In this document: one piece after another, positions 1 to 13,005 of the stretch | How the letters are laid out: each line of letters begins with the position of its first letter | Position numbering within the stretch: position 1 is the stretch's first letter | From: Eledone cirrhosa | Taxonomy: Eukaryota | Length of the DNA stretch: 64,000 nucleotides | Direction: 5' to 3' | Assembly: GCA_964016885.1 (NCBI GenBank) | Contig: OZ024743.1 | Location: 257,052,001 to 257,116,000 of the forward strand | Position numbers and translations under genes: made by a program | Notes under the pieces: generated by a model | Told to the model about the DNA's origin: nothing | Databases searched by the model: none | Seen by the model: only the letters and a program-made list of their open reading frames with translations

Positions 1-3000
1 AAAAGGATCAGCTGAGCATTCGATGTTTAGGTTCACGTCAGTATCAAGGTGTAGAGCCAGACAGAGTGTAATATAATAATACAAGGATCAGGTGAGCACT
101 CGATGTTTAGGTTCACGTCAGTATCAAGGTGTAGAGCCAGACAGAGTGTAATATAATAATACAAGGATCAGGTGAGCACTCGATGTTTAGGTTCACGTTA
201 GTATCGAGGTGTAGAGCCAGACAGAGTGTAATATAATAATACAAGGATCAGGTGAGCACTCGATGTTTAGGTTCACGTCAGTATCAAGGTGTAGAGCAAG
301 ACAAAGTGTAATATAATAATAAAAGGATCAGCTGAGCACTCGATGTTTAGGTTCACGTCAGTATCGAGGTGTAGAGCCAGACAGAGTGTAATATAATAAT
401 ACAAGGATCAGGTGAGCACTCGATGTTTAGGTTCTCGTCAGTATCAAGGTGTAGAGCCAGACAGAGTGTAATATAATAATACAAGGATCAGGTGAGCACT
501 CGATGTTTAGGTTCTCGTCAGTATCAAGGTGTAGAGCCAGACAGAGTGTAATATAATAATAAAAGGATCAGCTGAGCACTCGATGTTTAGGTTCACGTCA
601 GTATCGAGGTGTAGAGCCAGACAGAGTGTAATATAATAATACAAGGATCAGGTGAGCACTCGATGTTTAGGTTCTCGTCAGTATCAAGGTGTAGAGCCAG
701 ACAGAGTGTAATATAATAATAAAAGGATCAGGTGAGCACTCGATGTTTAGGTTCTCGTCAGTATCAAGGTGTAGAGCCAGACAGAGTGTAATATAATAAT
801 ACAAGGATCAGCTGAGCACTCGATGTTTAGGTTCACGTCAGTATCGAGGTGTAGAGCCAGACAGAGTGTAATATAATAATACAAGGATCAGGTGAGCACT
901 CGATGTTTAGGTTCACGTCAGTATCGAGGTGTAGAGCCAGACAGAGTGTAATATAATAATACAAGGATCAGCTGAGCACTCGATGTTTAGGTTCACGTCA
1001 GTATCAAGGTGTAGAGCCAGACAGAGTGTAATATAATAATACAAGGATCAGCTGAGCACTCGATGTTTAGGTTCACGTCAGTATCGAGGTGTAGAGCCAG
1101 ACAGAGTGTAATATAATAATACAAGGATCAGCTGAGCACTCGATGTTTAGGTTCACGTCAGTATCGTGGTGTAGAGCCAGAGAGAGTGTAATACAAGGAT
1201 CAGGTGAGCACTCGATGTTTAGGTTCACGTCAGTATCAAGGAGTAGAGCCAGACAGAGTGTAATACAAGGATCAGGTGAGCACTCGATGTTTAGGTTCAC
1301 GTCAGTATCGAGCTGTAGAGCCAGACAGAGTGTAATATAATAATACACGGATCAGGTGAGCACTCGATGTTTAGGTTCACGTCAGTATCAAGGTGTAGAG
1401 CCAGGCAGAGTGTAATATAATAATACAAGGATCAGGTGAGCACTCGATGTTTAGGTTCACGTCAGTATCAAGCTGTAGAGCCAGAGAGATTGTAATACAA
1501 GGATCAGGTGAGCACTCGATGTTTAGGTTCACGTCAGTATCAAGGAGTAGAGCCAGACAGAGTGTAATACAAGGATCAGGTGAGCACTCGATGTTTAGGT
1601 TCACGTCAGTATCAAGGTGTAGAGCCAGACAGAGTGTAATATAATAATTCAAGGATCAGGTGAGCACTCGATGTTTAGGTTCACGTCAGTATCAAGGTGT
1701 AGAGCCAGACAGAGTGTAATATAATAATTCAAGGATCAGGTGAGCACTCGATGTTTAGGTTCACGTCAGTATCAAGGTGTAGAGCCAGACAGAGTGTAAT
1801 ATAATAATTCAAGGATCAGGTGAGCACTCGATGTTTAGGTTCACGTCAGTATCAAGGTGTAGAGCCAGATAGAGTGTAATATAATAATACAAGGATCAGG
1901 TGAGCACTCGATGTTTAGGTTCACGTCAGTATCAAGGTGTAGAGCCAGACAGAGTGTAATATAATAATACAAGAATCAGGTGAGCACTCGATGTTTAGGT
2001 TCACGTCAGTTTCAAGGTGTAGAGCAAGACAGAGTGTAATATAATAATACAAGGATCAGGTGAGCACTCGATGTTTAGGTTCACGTCAGTATCGAGGTGT
2101 AGAGCCAGACAGAGTGTAATATAATAATTCAAGGATCAGGTGAGCACACGATGTTTAGGTTCACGTCAGTATCAAGGTGTAGAGCCAGACAGAGTGTAAT
2201 ATAATAATACAAGGATCAGGTGAGCACTCGATGTTTAGGTTCACGTCAGTATCAAGCTGTAGAGCCAGACAGAGTGTAATATAATAATACAAGAATCAGG
2301 TGAGCACTCGATGTTTAGGTTCACGTCAGTATCAAGGTGTAGAGCCACACAGAGTGTAATATAATAATACAAGGATAAGGTGAGCACTCGATGTTTAGGT
2401 TCACGTCAGTATCAAGCTGTAGAGCCAGACAGAGTGTAATATAATAATAAAAGGATCAGCTGAGCACACGATGTTTAGGTTCACGTCAGTTTCAAGGTGT
2501 AGAGCCAGACATAGTGTAATATAGTAATACAAGGATCAGCTGAGCACTCGATGTTTAGGTTCACGTCAGTATCGAGGTGTAGAGCCAGACAGAGTGTAAT
2601 ATAGTAATACAAGGATCAGCTGAGCACTCGATGTTTAGGTTCACGTCAGTATCAAGCTGTAGAGCCAGACAGAGTGTAATATAATAATAAAAGGATCAGC
2701 TGAGCACACGATGTTTAGGTTCACGTCAGTTTCAAGGTGTAGAGCCAGACAGAGTGTAATATAATAATACAAGGATCAGGTGAGCACTCGATGTTTAGGT
2801 TCACGTCAGTATCAAGGTGTAGAGCCAGACAGAGTGTAATATAATAATACAAGAATCAGGTGAGCACACGATGTTTAGGTTCACGTCAGTATCAAGGTGT
2901 AGAGCCAGACAGAGTGTAATATAATAATACAAGGATCAGGTGAGCACTCGATGTTTAGGTTCACGTCAGTATCAAGGTGTAGAGCCAGACAGAGTGTAAT

Positions 3001-6000
3001 ATAATAATACAAAGATCAGTTGAGCACTCGATGTTTAGGTTCACGTCAGTATCGAGGTGTAGAGCCAGACAGAGTGTAATATAATAATACAAGGATCAGC
3101 TGAGCACTCGATGTTTAGGTTCACGTCAGTATCAAGGTGTAGAGCCAGACAGAGTGTAATATAATAATACAAGAATCAGGTGAGCACTCGATGTTTAGGT
3201 TCGCGTCAGTATCAAGGTGTAGAGCCAGATAGAGTGTAATATAATAATACAAGGATCAGCTGAGCACTCGATGTTTAGGTTCACGTCAGTATCAAGCTGT
3301 AGAGCCAGAGAGAGTGTAATACAAGTATCAGGTGAGCACTCGATGTTTAGGTTCACGTCAGTATCGAGGTGTAGAGCCAGACAGAGTGTAATATAATAAT
3401 ACAAGGATCAGGTGAGCACTCGATGTTTAGATTCACGTCAGTATCAAGCTGTAGGGCCAGAGAGAGTGTAATACAAGGATCAGGTGAGCACTCGATGTTT
3501 AGGTTCACGTCAGTATCAAGGTATAGAGCCAAACAGAGTGTAATATAATAATACAAGGATCAGCTGAGCAATCGATGTTTAGGTACACGTTAGTATCGAG
3601 GTGTAGAGCCAGACAGAGTGTAATATAATAATAAAAGGATCAGCTGAGCATTCGATGTTTAGGTTCACGTCAGTATCAAGGTGTAGAGCCAGACAGAGTG
3701 TAATATAATAATACAAGGATCAGGTGAGCACTCGATGTTTAGGTTCACGTTAGTATCGAGGTGTAGAGCCAGACAGAGTGTAATATAGTAATACAAGGAT
3801 CAGCTGAGCACTCGATGTTTAGGTTCACGTCAGTATCAAGGTATAGAGCCAAACAGAGTGTAATATAATAATACAAGGATCAGCTGAGCAATCGATGTTT
3901 AGGTACACGTTAGTATCGAGGTGTAGAGCCAGACAGAGTGTAATATAATAATAAAAGGATCAGCTGAGCATTCGATGTTTAGGTTCACGTCAGTATCAAG
4001 GTGTAGAGCCAGACAGAGTGTAATATAATAATACAAGGATCAGGTGAGCACTCGATGTTTAGGTTCACGTCAGTATCAAGGTGTAGAGCCAGACAGAGTG
4101 TAATATAATAATACAAGGATCAGGTGAGCACTCGATGTTTAGGTTCACGTTAGTATCGAGGTGTAGAGCCAGACAGAGTGTAATATAATAATACAAGGAT
4201 CAGGTGAGCACTCGATGTTTAGGTTCACGTCAGTATCAAGGTGTAGAGCAAGACAAAGTGTAATATAATAATAAAAGGATCAGCTGAGCACTCGATGTTT
4301 AGGTTCACGTCAGTATCGAGGTGTAGAGCCAGACAGAGTGTAATATAATAATACAAGGATCAGGTGAGCACTCGATGTTTAGGTTCTCGTCAGTATCAAG
4401 GTGTAGAGCCAGACAGAGTGTAATATAATAATACAAGGATCAGGTGAGCACTCGATGTTTAGGTTCTCGTCAGTATCAAGGTGTAGAGCCAGACAGAGTG
4501 TAATATAATAATAAAAGGATCAGCTGAGCACTCGATGTTTAGGTTCACGTCAGTATCGAGGTGTAGAGCCAGACAGAGTGTAATATAATAATACAAGGAT
4601 CAGGTGAGCACTCGATGTTTAGGTTCTCGTCAGTATCAAGGTGTAGAGCCAGACAGAGTGTAATATAATAATAAAAGGATCAGGTGAGCACTCGATGTTT
4701 AGGTTCTCGTCAGTATCAAGGTGTAGAGCCAGACAGAGTGTAATATAATAATACAAGGATCAGCTGAGCACTCGATGTTTAGGTTCACGTCAGTATCGAG
4801 GTGTAGAGCCAGACAGAGTGTAATATAATAATACAAGGATCAGGTGAGCACTCGATGTTTAGGTTCACGTCAGTATCGAGGTGTAGAGCCAGACAGAGTG
4901 TAATATAATAATACAAGGATCAGCTGAGCACTCGATGTTTAGGTTCACGTCAGTATCAAGGTGTAGAGCCAGACAGAGTGTAATATAATAATACAAGGAT
5001 CAGCTGAGCACTCGATGTTTAGGTTCACGTCAGTATCGAGGTGTAGAGCCAGACAGAGTGTAATATAATAATACAAGGATCAGCTGAGCACTCGATGTTT
5101 AGGTTCACGTCAGTATCGTGGTGTAGAGCCAGAGAGAGTGTAATACAAGGATCAGGTGAGCACTCGATGTTTAGGTTCACGTCAGTATCAAGGAGTAGAG
5201 CCAGACAGAGTGTAATACAAGGATCAGGTGAGCACTCGATGTTTAGGTTCACGTCAGTATCGAGGTGTAGAGCCAGACAGAGTGTAATATAATAATACAC
5301 GGATCAGGTGAGCACTCGATCTTTAGGTTCACGTCAGTATCAAGGTGTAGAGCCAGACAGAGTGTAATATAATAATACAAGGATCAGGTGAGCACTCGAT
5401 GTTTAGGTTCACGTCAGTATCAAGCTGTAGAGCCAGAGAGAGTGTAATACAAGGATCAGGTGAGCACTCGATGTTTAGGTTCACGTCAGTATCAAGGAGT
5501 AGAGCCAGACAGAGTGTAATACAAGGATCAGGTGAGCACTCGATGTTTAGGTTCACGTCAGTATCAAGGTGTAGAGCCAGACAGAGTGTAATATAATAAT
5601 TCAAGGATCAGGTGAGCACTCGATGTTTAGGTTCACGTCAGTATCAAGGTGTAGAGCCAGACAGAGTGTAATATAATAATTCAAGGATCAGGTGAGCACT
5701 CGATGTTTAGGTTCACGTCAGTATCAAGGTGTAGAGCCAGACAGAGTGTAATATAATAATTCAAGGATCAGGTGAGCACTCGATGTTTAGGTTCACGTCA
5801 GTATCAAGGTGTAGAGCCAGACAGAGTGTAATATAATAATACAAGGATCAGGTGAGCACTCGATGTTTAGGTTCACGTCAGTATCAAGGTGTAGAGCCAG
5901 ACAGAGTGTAATATAATAATACAAGAATCAGGTGAGCACTCGATGTTTAGGTTCACGTCAGTTTCAAGGTGTAGAGCAAGACAGAGTGTAATATAATAAT

Positions 6001-9000
6001 ACAAGGATCAGGTGAGCACTCGATGTTTAGGTTCACGTCAGTATCAAGGTATAGAGCCAGACAGAGTGTAATATAATAAGACAAGGATCAGCTGAGCACT
6101 CGATGTTTAGGTTCACGTCAGTATCGAGGTGTAGAGCCAGACAGAGTGTAATATAATAATACAAGTATCAGGTGAGCACTCGATGTTTAGGTTCACGTCA
6201 GTATCGAGGTGTAGAGCCAGACAGAGTGTAATATAATAATACAAGGATCAGGTGAGCACTCGATGTTTAGGTTCACGTCAGTATCAAGGTGTAGAGCCAG
6301 ACAGAGTGTAATATAATAATACAAGGATCAGGTGAGCACTCGATGTTTAGGTTCTCGTCAGTATCAAGGTGTAGAGCCAGACAGAGTGTAATATAGTAAT
6401 ACAAGGATCAGCTGAGCACTCGATGTTTAGGTTCACGTCAGTATCAAGGTGTAGAGCCAGACAGAGTGTAATATAATAATACAAGGATCAGCTGAGCACT
6501 CGATGTTTAGGTACACGTTAGTATCGAGGTGTAGAGCCAGACAGAGTGTAATATAATAATACAAGGATCAGGTGAGCACTCGATGTTTAGGTTCACGTCA
6601 GTATCAAGGTGTAGAGCCAGACAGAGTGTAATATAATAATAAAAGGATCAGCTGAGCACACGATGTTTAGGTTCACGTCAGTATCAAGGTGTAGAGCCAG
6701 ACAGAGTGTAATATAATAATACAAGGATCAGGTGAGCACTCGATGTTTAGGTTCTCGTCAGTATCAAGGTGTAGAGCCAGACAGAGTGTAATATAGTAAT
6801 ACAAGGATCAGCTGAGCACTCGATGTTTAGGTTCACGTCAGTATCAAGGTATAGAGCCAAACAGAGTGTAATATAATAATACAAGGATCAGCTGAGCAAT
6901 CGATGTTTAGGTACACGTTAGTATCGAGGTGTAGAGCCAGACAGAGTGTAATATAATAATAAAAGGATCAGCTGAGCATTCGATGTTTAGGTTCACGTCA
7001 GTATCAAGGTGTAGAGCCAGACAGAGTGTAATATAATAATACAAGGATCAGGTGAGCACTCGATGTTTAGGTTCACGTCAGTATCAAGGTGTAGAGCCAG
7101 ACAGAGTGTAATATAATAATACAAGGATCAGGTGAGCACTCGATGTTTAGGTTCACGTTAGTATCGAGGTGTAGAGCCAGACAGAGTGTAATATAATAAT
7201 ACAAGGATCAGGTGAGCACTCGATGTTTAGGTTCACGTCAGTATCAAGGTGTAGAGCAAGACAAAGTGTAATATAATAATAAAAGGATCAGCTGAGCACT
7301 CGATGTTTAGGTTCACGTCAGTATCGAGGTGTAGAGCCAGACAGAGTGTAATATAATAATACAAGGATCAGGTGAGCACTCGATGTTTAGGTTCTCGTCA
7401 GTATCAAGGTGTAGAGCCAGACAGAGTGTAATATAATAATACAAGGATCAGGTGAGCACTCGATGTTTAGGTTCTCGTCAGTATCAAGGTGTAGAGCCAG
7501 ACAGAGTGTAATATAATAATAAAAGGATCAGCTGAGCACTCGATGTTTAGGTTCACGTCAGTATCGAGGTGTAGAGCCAGACAGAGTGTAATATAATAAT
7601 ACAAGGATCAGGTGAGCACTCGATGTTTAGGTTCTCGTCAGTATCAAGGTGTAGAGCCAGACAGAGTGTAATATAATAATAAAAGGATCAGGTGAGCACT
7701 CGATGTTTAGGTTCTCGTCAGTATCAAGGTGTAGAGCCAGACAGAGTGTAATATAATAATACAAGGATCAGCTGAGCACTCGATGTTTAGGTTCACGTCA
7801 GTATCGAGGTGTAGAGCCAGACAGAGTGTAATATAATAATACAAGGATCAGGTGAGCACTCGATGTTTAGGTTCACGTCAGTATCGAGGTGTAGAGCCAG
7901 ACAGAGTGTAATATAATAATACAAGGATCAGCTGAGCACTCGATGTTTAGGTTCACGTCAGTATCAAGGTGTAGAGCCAGACAGAGTGTAATATAATAAT
8001 ACAAGGATCAGCTGAGCACTCGATGTTTAGGTTCACGTCAGTATCGAGGTGTAGAGCCAGACAGAGTGTAATATAATAATACAAGGATCAGCTGAGCACT
8101 CGATGTTTAGGTTCACGTCAGTATCGTGGTGTAGAGCCAGAGAGAGTGTAATACAAGGATCAGGTGAGCACTCGATGTTTAGGTTCACGTCAGTATCAAG
8201 GAGTAGAGCCAGACAGAGTGTAATACAAGGATCAGGTGAGCACTCGATGTTTAGGTTCACGTCAGTATCGAGCTGTAGAGCCAGACAGAGTGTAATATAA
8301 TAATACACGGATCAGGTGAGCACTCGATGTTTAGGTTCACGTCAGTATCAAGGTGTAGAGCCAGGCAGAGTGTAATATAATAATACAAGGATCAGGTGAG
8401 CACTCGATGTTTAGGTTCACGTCAGTATCAAGCTGTAGAGCCAGAGAGAGTGTAATACAAGGATCAGGTGAGCACTCGATGTTTAGGTTCACGTCAGTAT
8501 CAAGGAGTAGAGCCAGACAGAGTGTAATACAAGGATCAGGTGAGCACTCGATGTTTAGGTTCACGTCAGTATCAAGGTGTAGAGCCAGACAGAGTGTAAT
8601 ATAATAATTCAAGGATCAGGTGAGCACTCGATGTTTAGGTTCACGTCAGTATCAAGGTGTAGAGCCAGACAGAGTGTAATATAATAATTCAAGGATCAGG
8701 TGAGCACTCGATGTTTAGGTTCACGTCAGTATCAAGGTGTAGAGCCAGACAGAGTGTAATATAATAATTCAAGGATCAGGTGAGCACTCGATGTTTAGGT
8801 TCACGTCAGTATCAAGGTGTAGAGCCAGATAGAGTGTAATATAATAATACAAGGATCAGGTGAGCACTCGATGTTTAGGTTCACGTCAGTATCAAGGTGT
8901 AGAGCCAGACAGAGTGTAATATAATAATACAAGAATCAGGTGAGCACTCGATGTTTAGGTTCACGTCAGTTTCAAGGTGTAGAGCAAGACAGAGTGTAAT

Positions 9001-12000
9001 ATAATAATACAAGGATCAGGTGAGCACTCGATGTTTAGGTTCACGTCAGTATCGAGGTGTAGAGCCAGACAGAGTGTAATATAATAATTCAAGGATCAGG
9101 TGAGCACACGATGTTTAGGTTCACGTCAGTATCAAGGTGTAGAGCCAGACAGAGTGTAATATAATAATACAAGGATCAGGTGAGCACTCGATGTTTAGGT
9201 TCACGTCAGTATCAAGCTGTAGAGCCAGACAGAGTGTAATATAATAATACAAGAATCAGGTGAGCACTCGATGTTTAGGTTCACGTCAGTATCAAGGTGT
9301 AGAGCCACACAGAGTGTAATATAATAATACAAGGATAAGGTGAGCACTCGATGTTTAGGTTCACGTCAGTATCAAGCTGTAGAGCCAGACAGAGTGTAAT
9401 ATAATAATAAAAGGATCAGCTGAGCACACGATGTTTAGGTTCACGTCAGTTTCAAGGTGTAGAGCCAGACATAGTGTAATATAGTAATACAAGGATCAGC
9501 TGAGCACTCGATGTTTAGGTTCACGTCAGTATCGAGGTGTAGAGCCAGACAGAGTGTAATATAGTAATACAAGGATCAGCTGAGCACTCGATGTTTAGGT
9601 TCACGTCAGTATCAAGCTGTAGAGCCAGACAGAGTGTAATATAATAATAAAAGGATCAGCTGAGCACACGATGTTTAGGTTCACGTCAGTTTCAAGGTGT
9701 AGAGCCAGACAGAGTGTAATATAATAATACAAGGATCAGGTGAGCACTCGATGTTTAGGTTCACGTCAGTATCAAGGTGTAGAGCCAGACAGAGTGTAAT
9801 ATAATAATACAAGAATCAGGTGAGCACACGATGTTTAGGTTCACGTCAGTATCAAGGTGTAGAGCCAGACAGAGTGTAATATAATAATACAAGGATCAGG
9901 TGAGCACTCGATGTTTAGGTTCACGTCAGTATCAAGGTGTAGAGCCAGACAGAGTGTAATATAATAATACAAAGATCAGTTGAGCACTCGATGTTTAGGT
10001 TCACGTCAGTATCGAGGTGTAGAGCCAGACAGAGTGTAATATAATAATACAAGGATCAGCTGAGCACTCGATGTTTAGGTTCACGTCAGTATCAAGGTGT
10101 AGAGCCAGACAGAGTGTAATATAATAATACAAGAATCAGGTGAGCACTCGATGTTTAGGTTCGCGTCAGTATCAAGGTGTAGAGCCAGATAGAGTGTAAT
10201 ATAATAATACAAGGATCAGCTGAGCACTCGATGTTTAGGTTCACGTCAGTATCAAGCTGTAGAGCCAGAGAGAGTGTAATACAAGTATCAGGTGAGCACT
10301 CGATGTTTAGGTTCACGTCAGTATCGAGGTGTAGAGCCAGACAGAGTGTAATATAATAATACAAGGATCAGGTGAGCACTCGATGTTTAGATTCACGTCA
10401 GTATCAAGCTGTAGGGCCAGAGAGAGTGTAATACAAGGATCAGGTGAGCACTCGATGTTTAGGTTCACGTCAGTATCAAGGTATAGAGCCAAACAGAGTG
10501 TAATATAATAATACAAGGATCAGCTGAGCAATCGATGTTTAGGTACACGTTAGTATCGAGGTGTAGAGCCAGACAGAGTGTAATATAATAATAAAAGGAT
10601 CAGCTGAGCATTCGATGTTTAGGTTCACGTCAGTATCAAGGTGTAGAGCCAGACAGAGTGTAATATAATAATACAAGGATCAGGTGAGCACTCGATGTTT
10701 AGGTTCACGTTAGTATCGAGGTGTAGAGCCAGACAGAGTGTAATATAGTAATACAAGGATCAGCTGAGCACTCGATGTTTAGGTTCACGTCAGTATCAAG
10801 GTATAGAGCCAAACAGAGTGTAATATAATAATACAAGGATCAGCTGAGCAATCGATGTTTAGGTACACGTTAGTATCGAGGTGTAGAGCCAGACAGAGTG
10901 TAATATAATAATAAAAGGATCAGCTGAGCATTCGATGTTTAGGTTCACGTCAGTATCAAGGTGTAGAGCCAGACAGAGTGTAATATAATAATACAAGGAT
11001 CAGGTGAGCACTCGATGTTTAGGTTCACGTCAGTATCAAGGTGTAGAGCCAGACAGAGTGTAATATAATAATACAAGGATCAGGTGAGCACTCGATGTTT
11101 AGGTTCACGTTAGTATCGAGGTGTAGAGCCAGACAGAGTGTAATATAATAATACAAGGATCAGGTGAGCACTCGATGTTTAGGTTCACGTCAGTATCAAG
11201 GTGTAGAGCAAGACAAAGTGTAATATAATAATAAAAGGATCAGCTGAGCACTCGATGTTTAGGTTCACGTCAGTATCGAGGTGTAGAGCCAGACAGAGTG
11301 TAATATAATAATACAAGGATCAGGTGAGCACTCGATGTTTAGGTTCTCGTCAGTATCAAGGTGTAGAGCCAGACAGAGTGTAATATAATAATACAAGGAT
11401 CAGGTGAGCACTCGATGTTTAGGTTCTCGTCAGTATCAAGGTGTAGAGCCAGACAGAGTGTAATATAATAATAAAAGGATCAGCTGAGCACTCGATGTTT
11501 AGGTTCACGTCAGTATCGAGGTGTAGAGCCAGACAGAGTGTAATATAATAATACAAGGATCAGGTGAGCACTCGATGTTTAGGTTCTCGTCAGTATCAAG
11601 GTGTAGAGCCAGACAGAGTGTAATATAATAATAAAAGGATCAGGTGAGCACTCGATGTTTAGGTTCTCGTCAGTATCAAGGTGTAGAGCCAGACAGAGTG
11701 TAATATAATAATACAAGGATCAGCTGAGCACTCGATGTTTAGGTTCACGTCAGTATCGAGGTGTAGAGCCAGACAGAGTGTAATATAATAATACAAGGAT
11801 CAGGTGAGCACTCGATGTTTAGGTTCACGTCAGTATCGAGGTGTAGAGCCAGACAGAGTGTAATATAATAATACAAGGATCAGCTGAGCACTCGATGTTT
11901 AGGTTCACGTCAGTATCAAGGTGTAGAGCCAGACAGAGTGTAATATAATAATACAAGGATCAGCTGAGCACTCGATGTTTAGGTTCACGTCAGTATCGAG

Positions 12001-13005
12001 GTGTAGAGCCAGACAGAGTGTAATATAATAATACAAGGATCAGCTGAGCACTCGATGTTTAGGTTCACGTCAGTATCGTGGTGTAGAGCCAGAGAGAGTG
12101 TAATACAAGGATCAGGTGAGCACTCGATGTTTAGGTTCACGTCAGTATCAAGGAGTAGAGCCAGACAGAGTGTAATACAAGGATCAGGTGAGCACTCGAT
12201 GTTTAGGTTCACGTCAGTATCGAGGTGTAGAGCCAGACAGAGTGTAATATAATAATACACGGATCAGGTGAGCACTCGATCTTTAGGTTCACGTCAGTAT
12301 CAAGGTGTAGAGCCAGACAGAGTGTAATATAATAATACAAGGATCAGGTGAGCACTCGATGTTTAGGTTCACGTCAGTATCAAGCTGTAGAGCCAGAGAG
12401 AGTGTAATACAAGGATCAGGTGAGCACTCGATGTTTAGGTTCACGTCAGTATCAAGGAGTAGAGCCAGACAGAGTGTAATACAAGGATCAGGTGAGCACT
12501 CGATGTTTAGGTTCACGTCAGTATCAAGGTGTAGAGCCAGACAGAGTGTAATATAATAATTCAAGGATCAGGTGAGCACTCGATGTTTAGGTTCACGTCA
12601 GTATCAAGGTGTAGAGCCAGACAGAGTGTAATATAATAATTCAAGGATCAGGTGAGCACTCGATGTTTAGGTTCACGTCAGTATCAAGGTGTAGAGCCAG
12701 ACAGAGTGTAATATAATAATTCAAGGATCAGGTGAGCACTCGATGTTTAGGTTCACGTCAGTATCAAGGTGTAGAGCCAGACAGAGTGTAATATAATAAT
12801 ACAAGGATCAGGTGAGCACTCGATGTTTAGGTTCACGTCAGTATCAAGGTGTAGAGCCAGACAGAGTGTAATATAATAATACAAGAATCAGGTGAGCACT
12901 CGATGTTTAGGTTCACGTCAGTTTCAAGGTGTAGAGCAAGACAGAGTGTAATATAATAATACAAGGATCAGGTGAGCACTCGATGTTTAGGTTCACGTCA
13001 GTATC
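1..13005. repeat. 6960-bp-offset duplication (88 monomers, 10 short): 1-6045 matches 6961-13005
   Basis: Rare variants recur at +6960: ccaggcag, aaagatcagt, tcgcgtc, gtaggg, gatcttta. ORFs 1073/8033, 3195/10155 and 5025/11985 pair up. One difference seen (1490 T vs 8450 G). The match ends at 6046/13006. Confidence 0.93.
1121..1568. repeat. Landmark cassette of short monomers (72-72-80-80-72-72), itself an old 304-bp duplication
   Basis: gtgtaatataataatacaa is shortened to gtgtaatacaa in four of six monomers, and ORF pairs are offset by 304 (1073/1377). The same cassette starts at 5073, 8081, 12033, 20520, 27416, 42288 and 49184, with reduced versions elsewhere. Confidence 0.93.

Noticed and set aside
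106-111. Telomere-like TTTAGG/TTAGG in each monomer
   Set aside because: A single 5-6-bp match per 80 bp, never tandem, and expected by chance.
81-160. Tandem tRNA-, 5S- or snRNA-like genes (72-80 nt unit size)
   Set aside because: GGTTCAC only loosely resembles a B box. There is no cloverleaf or acceptor stem and no T4+ terminator. Only 4-5-bp inverted repeats (GAGTG/CACTC, TGTA/TACA) are present.
81-160. CENP-B box or yeast CDEI motif
   Set aside because: No TTCG-N4-A-N2-CGGG on either strand, and TCACGTC does not match RTCACRTG.
149-160. TATAAT (-10/TATA-like) element in each monomer
   Set aside because: It is part of the AT-rich TAA tract, with no downstream gene or supporting promoter element.
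1-6960. 6960 = 87x80 exactly, suggesting selection for phase restoration
   Set aside because: Ten 8-bp deletions happen to sum to 80. The other duplication offsets are not multiples of 80.
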